Virus record (IMG/VR): IMGVR_UViG_3300027852_000014
Span: 1 to 44,326 of that record
Length of the DNA: 44,326 bases
DNA from: a virus
Strand: one strand, 5' to 3'
Position numbers and translations under genes: made by a program. The number at the start of each line of letters is the position of its first letter. Within the stretch, counting starts at the first letter, position 1. Shown here in pieces: positions 13,131 through 20,972 of this stretch. The notes beneath the pieces are model-generated. The model did no database searches. It was not told where the DNA came from and worked only from the letters and a program-made list of their open reading frames with translations.

Positions 13131-13523
13131 TTAATAAGGCTTTGTTCCTTGACCAGAATATGGCTTTGCCATATCTAAAGAGAGTAGCTCTTTGCCAAGG
13201 TCAACGCCGTCATACACAACATTTGCTACAACACGGAAGTATTTCCCGCGCTCCATATTATATAGCTTAATGTTTTCTGCGTTAGATAACTTGCTCTTAA
13301 CATATTCTCGCACAGCAATAGCGCTTTCTTTTTGGTGGCGTTTGCGGATCTCTGGCGTGTCAATCCCTCTCACACGAACCTTTACATTATGGCATAGCAC
13401 GTCAATATCGCATGGGAGATTCACCGTGATTGTGTCTCCATCGTAATTGTCAACGTACTCAACCCCTTTATTATTCCACCCACATGATGCTACTAGCAGT
13501 GCTACTAAAATTATCTTATTCAT
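13131..13523 (-). CDS. Thermonuclease (SNase-like) with lipoprotein signal peptide
   Basis: MNKIILVALLVASC lipobox. DGDTITV and VRVRGIDTPE SNase motifs. Confidence 0.8.
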   Translation of the reverse strand: MNKIILVALLVASCGWNNKGVEYVDNYDGDTITVNLPCDIDVLCHNVKVRVRGIDTPEIRKRHQKESAIAVREYVKSKLSNAENIKLYNMERGKYFRVVANVVYDGVDLGKELLSLDMAKPYSGQGTKPY

Positions 13524-13875
13524 TTATTATTTCCTTTGCGCTTTCAATGTCATATGCAATTCCCGCTTTCCCTCCACAGGATAGGATGCTTTTTATGAAA
13601 GCCTTTTGTTTAATTTTTGCTCTGTTCTTAGTGCTTTCTTTTTTCATTTCTATTCCAACAAATACGCCAATTTTCTTCCCAATCATATCTTCTGTAACAA
13701 GAACTGGCATACATGCTATAATATCACTGGTTCCCTCCCCAAGTCCATATGAAAAGATCTGGCTCGTGTCATGCATTCTGCGTCCATACCCATTATCATT
13801 TGTAAAGATCTTCCCGCCTAAGCTAGACATCCATAGCTCGACTTCTTGCTGAATAAGTTTTTCGCTTTTATGCAT
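13516..13875 (-). CDS. VRR-NUC domain nuclease
   Basis: GTSDIIAC ... GIEMKK (D...ExK arrangement), 119 aa. Confidence 0.7.
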   Translation of the reverse strand: MHKSEKLIQQEVELWMSSLGGKIFTNDNGYGRRMHDTSQIFSYGLGEGTSDIIACMPVLVTEDMIGKKIGVFVGIEMKKESTKNRAKIKQKAFIKSILSCGGKAGIAYDIESAKEIINE

Positions 13876-14185
13876 GGTATTCCTTTAAAACTTTAAGCCC
13901 ACCAATAATCTCTTTAAAACTTTCAGTTTCTAAGATTCTCTTTCCCATAAAATTTATTTTATAGCTAGAATATTTTTCAACCACTAAATACTTCTCTTTT
14001 TTAAGAGGTATAATTATTTCAAAACTTCCGTACTTATAGTCCCCAGGGATTATATCTTTAATTAATTTATATTCTCTTTTTAGGAAATCTTTTGACTTAT
14101 GCCCCCGCTCTTTTGCGGCAATCGAAGTTAATTCGCTTGCCAGTTTTCGTAAATCTGATAATTTTAATTGCAACTCTTTACTCAT
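13868..14185 (-). CDS. Hypothetical protein
   Basis: 105-aa ORF with SD AGGAG. Overlaps both neighbours by 4-8 nt. Confidence 0.7.
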   Translation of the reverse strand: MSKELQLKLSDLRKLASELTSIAAKERGHKSKDFLKREYKLIKDIIPGDYKYGSFEIIIPLKKEKYLVVEKYSSYKINFMGKRILETESFKEIIGGLKVLKEYHA

Positions 14186-15591
14186 CGTCGACTCCTAACA
14201 TAATTATATTTAATACTAGCCCACTGCCTACTGTGCCCGTGCGCATCTGCTATCTCTTCCCATCCATCAATGCTTTGCTTAAGCGACTCTCCACCATGCT
14301 TACGGTACTCTGCGTATATGTCTTTTTCCTTCCATCCGCGCTTAGATCCTATCACAGCAAAGTCTTTGTATGTCTTTGCATTCGCAAGCTCTTTGCGCCT
14401 AGCGTCATGCCACGTTTCGCTGTCTATAGCATACAAGCAGCCGTCTATTTCCTCAATGACTTTTCCATCCGCCTTAAAGACATGTCCACACATTGAACAC
14501 ACGGGTGATGGCTTCTGTATATGAAAACAATCTGGGCATCTCTGGATAGATAATGTGTCGCTATCGCGCTTATTTTTCCCTTTTAAAGACCACGAAACCA
14601 TGTCATCTGGGAAGCCATGCCTTTCATAGTTTCCTGCCATGTCAAGAATGATTGCTGGATAATACTTTTTTCTTAATGCCCGTCCTACCATCTGCCTATG
14701 GAGAGCAAGTGACTGCGTCGGCCTAAGAAGAATAACACCTTCAACCGTTATATCACTATCTATCTGTGCGGCAAGATCGAATCCTTCTGTGCAGATGTTT
14801 ACATTGCTTAGAATTCCACCTAGAGCAGCAAAACTTTTAATAGCAGCCTGTCTTTCTTTGTCTCCCATAGTTCCGTCTAAATGATTAGCATTAACGCCTT
14901 GCTTGTGAGCCACCTCAACAAGATGCTTGCTATGCTCAATGCTTGCACAAAACGCTATGATACGCTTTCCATTGCACTCGTTTCTATAATGACCAATAGC
15001 GTCGCTCAACACTTTGCCGTCCATTATCTCAGTGATGCTTGCCTTTGAATAGTCCCCCATGCTTTTCTTTGCACTCTGCATGTTAGGTATATGCGGCGCC
15101 ATATATTTATATGTTGAGAGATATTTATTCTTGATGAGCCATTTCATATCTTTTGCATATACGATATCATTATACAGCTCACCAAGCGGTTGACCGTCTA
15201 ATCGGCATGGTGTAGCAGTTAGCCCTATAACATAGGTTCCAGCATCAATGCATTTTTGAATAACACTTTTCCATGTTTTGGCCATTGATAAGTGACACTC
15301 ATCTACGATCAAAACAGATGGAGGAGTGAATTCTTTGTTCGTTAGCGTCTGGATTGTTTCAATCTCAGCGCCTTCAACACCAAACTTATCAAACGTATTT
15401 ACAGTCTGTCGTTTCAGTTCACGGCGATGAACCGTCATTATTACACTGCCTTTAGTGTTTTTTGCTATCCATGCCGCGACTATTGTTTTGCCAAGGCCAG
15501 TACTGGCGCATGCTATTATTGATCGATTCTTAGCAAGAGATAGACGGATATCATTAATAAATGTCTGCTGATGTGGGTAAAGATTAATCAT
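14182..15591 (-). CDS. SF2 DEAD/DEAH-box helicase with C-terminal zinc ribbon
   Basis: STGLGKT (motif I), DECH (II), TATP (III), QMVGRALR (VI), CPDC...CSMCGH. Confidence 0.85.
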   Translation of the reverse strand: MINLYPHQQTFINDIRLSLAKNRSIIACASTGLGKTIVAAWIAKNTKGSVIMTVHRRELKRQTVNTFDKFGVEGAEIETIQTLTNKEFTPPSVLIVDECHLSMAKTWKSVIQKCIDAGTYVIGLTATPCRLDGQPLGELYNDIVYAKDMKWLIKNKYLSTYKYMAPHIPNMQSAKKSMGDYSKASITEIMDGKVLSDAIGHYRNECNGKRIIAFCASIEHSKHLVEVAHKQGVNANHLDGTMGDKERQAAIKSFAALGGILSNVNICTEGFDLAAQIDSDITVEGVILLRPTQSLALHRQMVGRALRKKYYPAIILDMAGNYERHGFPDDMVSWSLKGKNKRDSDTLSIQRCPDCFHIQKPSPVCSMCGHVFKADGKVIEEIDGCLYAIDSETWHDARRKELANAKTYKDFAVIGSKRGWKEKDIYAEYRKHGGESLKQSIDGWEEIADAHGHSRQWASIKYNYVRSRR

Positions 15592-15742
15592 TCATATACC
15601 ATAATATAAAGCTTCCTAAAAATGAATCATAAAAATCATTGCAATTACCACCGCCAATCACAAACATAGAGAAAAGTAGAAGAGCTAATGCAACGAGCGG
15701 CAAAAGAACAAGCTTTAATATGCCTAAAAAAAAGTATTTCAT
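15584..15742 (-). CDS. Small membrane protein (52 aa)
   Basis: Hand-translated (MKYFFLGILKLVLLPLVALALLLFSMFVIGGG...). Its stop overlaps the helicase ATG. Confidence 0.4.
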   Translation of the reverse strand: MKYFFLGILKLVLLPLVALALLLFSMFVIGGGNCNDFYDSFLGSFILWYMND

Positions 15743-15763
15743 TATTCGGTCCTTATATTGATG

Positions 15764-15781
15764 CGAGGCCGAAGCCTCGCT
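15764..15781 (-). terminator. GC hairpin with UUCG tetraloop (terminator or RNA-stabilising element)
   Basis: GCGAGGC-TTCG-GCCTCGC on the minus strand, just after the SSB-like gene. No U-tract. Confidence 0.35.
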
Positions 15782-15792
15782 GTTGCGATTGA

Positions 15793-16251
15793 TTAAAAAG
15801 GGATGCTATCGTCTATGTCTCCACCAGCTGTGGTATTCGCTGGCTGCTGTGCCCCCTCACTCCAAGCAGGAAGCTTGTCCACTTCTGAGCGCCATAATAG
15901 CCATTTAACACTTGCCTGTGTCTTGCCCTCGTATTCAGTATGCTCAACTTCTACTCCGCCAATCTTTCCCTTTAGAAATACTGGTGCTACATCGTCGTCA
16001 TACTCTGTTGTGTCAGAAGGCATCCCGAAGCAATTATTCATTTGGTTGATTTTCTTCTGCACTTTATTTACGAAAACAAAATGATAGAATAACTTTGAGT
16101 TAGATCCTGAAACATCAAACGTAAATTTATACATTTTGTTTCCGCTTTGAGCAACTTTAGCTTCTACATCTGCTACGCGCACGCGGTAATTTCCTGGTGC
16201 TAATGGTGTATATTCTGGTTCTTGTGATTCTTGTGCTGTATATTTAGTCAT
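15793..16251 (-). CDS. DUF669-like single-strand DNA-binding protein
   Basis: C-terminal acidic tip DIDDSIPF as in the SSB tail. PGNYRVRV...SGNKMYKFTF pattern. Neighbours a Sak4-like ATPase. Confidence 0.7.
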   Translation of the reverse strand: MTKYTAQESQEPEYTPLAPGNYRVRVADVEAKVAQSGNKMYKFTFDVSGSNSKLFYHFVFVNKVQKKINQMNNCFGMPSDTTEYDDDVAPVFLKGKIGGVEVEHTEYEGKTQASVKWLLWRSEVDKLPAWSEGAQQPANTTAGGDIDDSIPF

Positions 16252-16256
16252 TTTAT

Positions 16257-16595
16257 TTATCCTTTTTTAGTTGTTACTAGTTTTTTAATTGCATCCAATC
16301 CACTCATGATAAAATCACCTTCTAGTTTTTTAGTCATAGATTCAGATTTCTTAAAGTCATGGTTTAGAATGTCCCAAATGTCTTTATATGATTTTTTGCT
16401 CATAACGACTGTGTTTCTGAATAAAGAAAGAGAGTAGGTCTCAGTCCCATACTTTTTAGACGAAAAGCATCCGATGGTAATTTCATAAGAATGGTCCATC
16501 AGAAATGAGGATATTTCCATCTCAGCTCTAAAACCATTTTCTTTCATCCCTTCAATCATTCCTAAGACTTCTTTTTTTGTTAATTTAATATCCAT
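16257..16595 (-). CDS. Hypothetical protein
   Basis: 112-aa ORF with SD AAGGAT. Confidence 0.7.
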   Translation of the reverse strand: MDIKLTKKEVLGMIEGMKENGFRAEMEISSFLMDHSYEITIGCFSSKKYGTETYSLSLFRNTVVMSKKSYKDIWDILNHDFKKSESMTKKLEGDFIMSGLDAIKKLVTTKKG

Positions 16596-16599
16596 ATTC

Positions 16600-17064
16600 C
16601 TATCCTTTATATTTGTTTATTTGAAATCGTGATGTTTTAGTTATTTTAGTAGTGATGCGTGCAACGTATCCAACTTGATCTGTGTCTAGATTTTCTTTCA
16701 ACCACTCGCTCGCCTCTTGTTCTGTGCAAAAAGAATACGGAGCATGATCATCGTTAGGCATAGAATCCAGCCATTTTCTTAGTTTCATCTTCTTAGGCTT
16801 CCCAAGGAAATCTTTGAGATGGATGATGCTTAGTGAATCACTGGATGTATAAGTCCATAGAACCCTGTTGTCGCCACAATCAATGTTTAGCCTTAGATAC
16901 TTCTCATCATACTGAAAATCGACCTGACGAGACTCTTTATCCTCCATCAACGCACACAGTCCTTTCAACTGCTCCTTCTCATCATCAGTTATAGTCGCAG
17001 GATCATACTGTACAGCAATCCCAACCATGTCATCAGCACATTTAATATCATGTATTGTTTTCAT
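16600..17064 (-). CDS. Hypothetical protein
   Basis: 154-aa ORF with a 1-nt overlap with the upstream gene. Confidence 0.7.
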   Translation of the reverse strand: MKTIHDIKCADDMVGIAVQYDPATITDDEKEQLKGLCALMEDKESRQVDFQYDEKYLRLNIDCGDNRVLWTYTSSDSLSIIHLKDFLGKPKKMKLRKWLDSMPNDDHAPYSFCTEQEASEWLKENLDTDQVGYVARITTKITKTSRFQINKYKG

Positions 17065-17741
17065 TATTTATTTCCTGCTGTTGGTATTAAGTCTTCTACT
17101 TTGCATCCTTTGCGTTTCCATACGCGATCCTTAGCAAAGGCCAATGTATTGCTGTCAAGAACAAAGCCACGTGTTTGAGTGCCGTCCTCTTCCTCTTTTA
17201 TAACCATGTGAGCAACTATATCAAACATCCCACATACTTCCGCAGGCTTGCGAACAAGTGGCATTAAGCGAGAATATTTTTCTCCGCTTGGTAGCGTTAC
17301 ATCCATTACTTTTTCCCATGCAGTAACAACGATATTCACGCCGTTATCTACAAGATTACGCAGCTCACGCATATAATCAGAAAGCTTAAAGTCCACTTTA
17401 CTATAGTGACCGATCTCTGGCGCTCCGTCATTCTTTCCTGTGCGACCATATTGAGTAAGCATTGCTTTTTCAAGCTCTGATACAGTATCAATACAGATAT
17501 TATCCCATTTGCAATCTTTTTTAACCTCATCAATGATTTCTTTAAAATTAGACAAGTCATCCTTTAGACGTACAACGTCTACGTTTGCGTTCATTCCACC
17601 GAGCACAGATGTCCCTCGGTCAACATCAATGATTAATGTTTTTCCAGGCAACATGCTTAAGGCAGTTGTTTTCCCCTTCCCTGAATCGGCATACATTAGA
17701 ACAGATATCCCATTCGCCTGTAAGTTCTTTACTAGTTCCAT
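17064..17741 (-). CDS. Sak4-like RecA-core ATPase (AAA_24 type)
   Basis: Walker A YADSGKGKTT and Walker B NICIDTVSE, 225 aa. Confidence 0.8.
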   Translation of the reverse strand: MELVKNLQANGISVLMYADSGKGKTTALSMLPGKTLIIDVDRGTSVLGGMNANVDVVRLKDDLSNFKEIIDEVKKDCKWDNICIDTVSELEKAMLTQYGRTGKNDGAPEIGHYSKVDFKLSDYMRELRNLVDNGVNIVVTAWEKVMDVTLPSGEKYSRLMPLVRKPAEVCGMFDIVAHMVIKEEEDGTQTRGFVLDSNTLAFAKDRVWKRKGCKVEDLIPTAGNK

Positions 17742-17805
17742 TTACTTTTCTCCTACGCGGTTGTTGATTAAGTTTGAAAGTGCCGCATTCACTTTCGTAA
17801 TTTGT

Positions 17806-18384
17806 TTAGCAAAAATCTCTTAACCCCCTTGATCTAGATGGGTGTCTCATTTTTCTTATAGCTCTATTTTCAATCTGTTGGATTCGAGCCCTTGATATAT
17901 TAAAATAATCGCTAGCTTCTTTTATCGTTTCTCCTTCAAGGAACCTTCTTCTTATTATGTTTTCTTCCATTGGCGTAAGAGTAGATAAAGCGGTTGATAA
18001 TAAAGACTTAACCTCATCATTTCCAACGCGGGAAATCAGTTGATGCTCTCCATCATATCCCTGACTCTCAAGTAAAGGGACAGCTTCTTCAAAGTCCATT
18101 TCTATTTTATTAAAATTGCTATTAAAGCATTCTTCAATATGTCTCACAGGGAACAGGTCTGTATACTTGCATCCAAGAGTCTCTTCTATCTTGATAATAC
18201 TATCTTTTAATTTACCAGTTATTTTGCTATAAGGAGTTGACTTAAGGTTTAAAAAATCTCCTATAGTATTTTGCGTAACTCCAGAAACCCTGGATAACTC
18301 AGCAGATGTTTTAAACCCTTTTTCGTTCATTTTTTGTATGAAGTAATTATTCTTTACCTTTATCTCAATCATATAGTCTTTCAA
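17806..18384 (-). CDS. Sigma-70 region-4 domain protein fused to an N-terminal XRE-like HTH
   Basis: C-terminus LTPMEENIIRRRFLEGETIKEASDYFNISRARIQQIENRAIRKMRH matches the region-4 pattern. N-terminus GFKTSAELSRVSGVTQNTIGDFLN. No region-2 motif seen. TTG start. Confidence 0.7.
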   Translation of the reverse strand: MKDYMIEIKVKNNYFIQKMNEKGFKTSAELSRVSGVTQNTIGDFLNLKSTPYSKITGKLKDSIIKIEETLGCKYTDLFPVRHIEECFNSNFNKIEMDFEEAVPLLESQGYDGEHQLISRVGNDEVKSLLSTALSTLTPMEENIIRRRFLEGETIKEASDYFNISRARIQQIENRAIRKMRHPSRSRGLRDFC

Positions 18385-19139
18385 AACCCTACCTCTACTT
18401 TCTTTTCTTTCTTAACATATCCAATAGCATCATCAACACATTCGTTCAAGCATATTCCGCTAAATGGGCACTTCATCCTGCGACAAGCGGATGGATTCCG
18501 TGGAAAGAACTTGCGATCACGCATTTCTTCTGCAAGCATGATAAGCTCTTTTCGCTTATCCTCTATCTCACTATTCATTTTTGTCAGCGGCTTATAATCA
18601 CATTTTTCTTTGCAATCATACCAATCTAAACAGCGCTGATGATATTCTTCTGCTGCCTCATTCTTACGTTGACGTATAGTTGGCTTCTTGACAGCTGTGT
18701 GTATAAACTTACGTATACCTGTTACTAGACCGTAAATCAAGATTTGGTTATCAAGCTTTAGCTTATCCCAATACTTCTCGTCAACGGCATCTGATGTCGT
18801 CTTATGCTCAACAATATACTTCTCACCGTCAATCTCTGCAATAGCATCTATGTACCCATGTATAACTATATCGTCTGTTAAATTATACTTAAATTCCTTC
18901 TCAGTTTCAAGAATATTCCAGTCATTATGCGGAATATATTTATTGAAAGCATGGGTCAAAACATTGTCATTGTCGTACTGCTGTCCGTTTAAAACTCTCT
19001 CTACCTGGTCATGGTACTCACGGCCAACCTCTAACGCCTTAGCATCCTTAATAGGCTTAAGCTCATGGACATACCCAAGCTCATACCGACGAAGGCAGCG
19101 TAAATACGTTGATACTTTAGAGTGCGATATCTTAAACAT
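18381..19139 (-). CDS. Cas4/RecB-like PD-(D/E)XK exonuclease with Cys cluster
   Basis: GYIDAIAEIDGEKYIVEHKT (D..ExK). N-terminal C plus C-terminal CRRMKCPFSGIC. Confidence 0.8.
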   Translation of the reverse strand: MFKISHSKVSTYLRCLRRYELGYVHELKPIKDAKALEVGREYHDQVERVLNGQQYDNDNVLTHAFNKYIPHNDWNILETEKEFKYNLTDDIVIHGYIDAIAEIDGEKYIVEHKTTSDAVDEKYWDKLKLDNQILIYGLVTGIRKFIHTAVKKPTIRQRKNEAAEEYHQRCLDWYDCKEKCDYKPLTKMNSEIEDKRKELIMLAEEMRDRKFFPRNPSACRRMKCPFSGICLNECVDDAIGYVKKEKKVEVGF

Positions 19140-19315
19140 TACAGCACCTGTGTATATTTACATTTCTTGCATTTAATAGTTGTCTTTTTTGATCCAATGA
19201 TACCAAGAAGCATCAATGGAAAGAAAAACAATAGCCCAATCAATAGCCATAGTCCACCAACACCCTGCTTCTTTACAGTTACATTTTTACTTCCACATTT
19301 AATGCATTTAGTCAT
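19139..19315 (-). CDS. Small zinc-ribbon membrane protein (58 aa)
   Basis: Hand-translated (MTKCIKCGSKNV...LWLLIGLLFFFPLMLLGII...CKKCKY). SD AAGGAG. TAATG overlap with the nuclease. Confidence 0.5.
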   Translation of the reverse strand: MTKCIKCGSKNVTVKKQGVGGLWLLIGLLFFFPLMLLGIIGSKKTTIKCKKCKYTQVL

Positions 19316-19577
19316 TATATTTCTCCTTAAATTTCTTATATGTCATTATTTTAATTCCTTTATACTTTTTTATAGATTTATCTTTAACCTGACACGTGTA
19401 TAATGGAAGGACAATTAACCAATCCTGCCTCTTATCAAGAATGTCTTGTATACATTTCTTTTCACGTAGACTTTTATAGATTACGTATAAGCTAATTCTC
19501 TTCATACCTAGAATAAACTTGTTCTTGTCTATTAGTGGACGAGCAGGAGGATTAATAGCGTCATAAATATTAGTCAT
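19308..19577 (-). CDS. Hypothetical protein
   Basis: 89-aa ORF with SD AAAGGAAA. Confidence 0.65.
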   Translation of the reverse strand: MTNIYDAINPPARPLIDKNKFILGMKRISLYVIYKSLREKKCIQDILDKRQDWLIVLPLYTCQVKDKSIKKYKGIKIMTYKKFKEKYND

Positions 19578-19842
19578 TATATTTTCCTTTTCTTATTAAT
19601 TGTTTTAACTCATCAAAAACACAGCTCCGATCCCATCCGTCATAGCATTTAAGTATCCCATACAGGATAGCAGCATGCTCACCAGTATGCGTCTTTGCAA
19701 GAACCTTATTATACAAGTCTTCGACAAGTTCTTTTGCGTCAATATTTCCTTCATCATCAAACTTTGGCAATATGCATTTATAAGCTTCCTCAAAAACAAC
19801 CTTCTCGACATAATCATTTATCTTTTCGACGCAATCATACAT
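19570..19842 (-). CDS. Hypothetical protein
   Basis: ATG 19842 is preceded by GGAGGAAAGG. The track start 19857 is a TTG. Confidence 0.65.
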   Translation of the reverse strand: MYDCVEKINDYVEKVVFEEAYKCILPKFDDEGNIDAKELVEDLYNKVLAKTHTGEHAAILYGILKCYDGWDRSCVFDELKQLIRKGKYND

Positions 19843-20068
19843 TTTCCTTTCCTCCAATAACTCTTACATCCCCACCAACAGGGATGTATTCATATTTCAT
19901 ACCGTCCTTATAGAACACGTACATCTCTCTAGTATATTCAGCGCGTTGCTTTGCATACAGATGATGGTTTTCTCGTTTAAACGCTAACATATCTGTCTCA
20001 GCCACCTGTTTAGCAAGCGTGCCGTTAACAGCAGTGTCTACCGCGTGTTGTAGTTTTGTGTATATCAT
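19835..20068 (-). CDS. Hypothetical protein
   Basis: 77-aa ORF with SD AAAGGAT, first gene after the promoter at 20099-20127. Confidence 0.65.
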   Translation of the reverse strand: MIYTKLQHAVDTAVNGTLAKQVAETDMLAFKRENHHLYAKQRAEYTREMYVFYKDGMKYEYIPVGGDVRVIGGKENV

Positions 20069-20098
20069 TATTATATCCTTTGCCGTTGTTATGTAAAT

Positions 20099-20127
20099 AT
20101 ATTAGCATGCATGGTTGTGCATGTCAA
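20099..20127 (-). promoter_or_regulatory. Promoter TTGACA-17-TAATAT (minus strand)
   Basis: Plus-strand tgtcaa at 20122-20127 and atatta at 20099-20104. Extended -35 TTGACATGC. CATGCATG palindrome in the spacer. Confidence 0.7.
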
Positions 20128-20160
20128 TGCTTAATGCAATAAAAATTATAACCTACTGAT

Positions 20161-20367
20161 TTACACCTTTTTAAACATCATTGAATAGTATTTATTGTAT
20201 TCTGATAAAGGTATAAAAATACGTTTTTCTTTTGCGCCAAACGTGTTATCTTGAACGACTGGACGCACGTCAATATAAGCCACTTCCTTAAGCGTCTCTA
20301 TGCTTTTGCCACGCTTACCTTTGCCTACGTTTGTAATTTGGTTAAACTCAATTCCTTCTAATATCAT
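20161..20367 (-). CDS. Hypothetical protein
   Basis: 68-aa ORF with SD AAGGAGAG. Confidence 0.65.
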   Translation of the reverse strand: MILEGIEFNQITNVGKGKRGKSIETLKEVAYIDVRPVVQDNTFGAKEKRIFIPLSEYNKYYSMMFKKV

Positions 20368-20388
20368 TTTCTCTCTCCTTAGTGTTGT

Positions 20389-20559
20389 TTAGTGTTTTGT
20401 TGCGTCACTCATAAGCATTTCGCATTCAGCAATCATCTCATTTACTCTCTTTCTCTTCGCCTCACGGATAACGTGGATCGCCTTTCTTGCACTTGCTTTA
20501 GCATGTCTATCAATATACCCATCAAGACGTGTTCGTTTATTAAGATTCTTTATTCGCAT
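20389..20559 (-). CDS. Hypothetical basic protein (56 aa)
   Basis: ATG 20559 is preceded by AGGAGG. The track start 20583 is a GTG. Confidence 0.6.
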   Translation of the reverse strand: MRIKNLNKRTRLDGYIDRHAKASARKAIHVIREAKRKRVNEMIAECEMLMSDATKH

Positions 20560-20968
20560 CAATAGCCTCCTGACATTCTTCACGTGTGAAGTAAACTAGG
20601 CTGCTTAGTATACGTCCAAGACCGTCGACAAATATACCAGCATTGCTAACACTGCTTATTCTAACCTTTATAGGAACGTAGAAATCTTCTGATGAAACTT
20701 CTGCAGAGAGCGTATGCACAATAAACACTCCTTCGTTTCTCGTCATCTTCTTAAACAGCATCTCTTCCTTCGGAAAAGAAGGAAGCTTGGTAGAACAATA
20801 GTATTTAAACTGTCCTTTGTGAAAGATATCACTCATCTTTTTAATAGACTTTGTGATCACATTATCGCCAACACCAAGCTTATCCCCGATGCCAGCAGCT
20901 TTAATGCCAGGGTTATTCTGAATGATTTTACGTATCAGTACTTCTTTATTTTTATAATGCTTACCCAT
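20540..20968 (-). CDS. Winged-helix DNA-binding protein (putative)
   Basis: ATG 20968 is preceded by AAAGGAG. IIQNNPGIKAAGIGDKLGVGDNVITKSIKKM looks HTH-like. Confidence 0.6.
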   Translation of the reverse strand: MGKHYKNKEVLIRKIIQNNPGIKAAGIGDKLGVGDNVITKSIKKMSDIFHKGQFKYYCSTKLPSFPKEEMLFKKMTRNEGVFIVHTLSAEVSSEDFYVPIKVRISSVSNAGIFVDGLGRILSSLVYFTREECQEAIDANKES

Positions 20969-20972
20969 TGTT

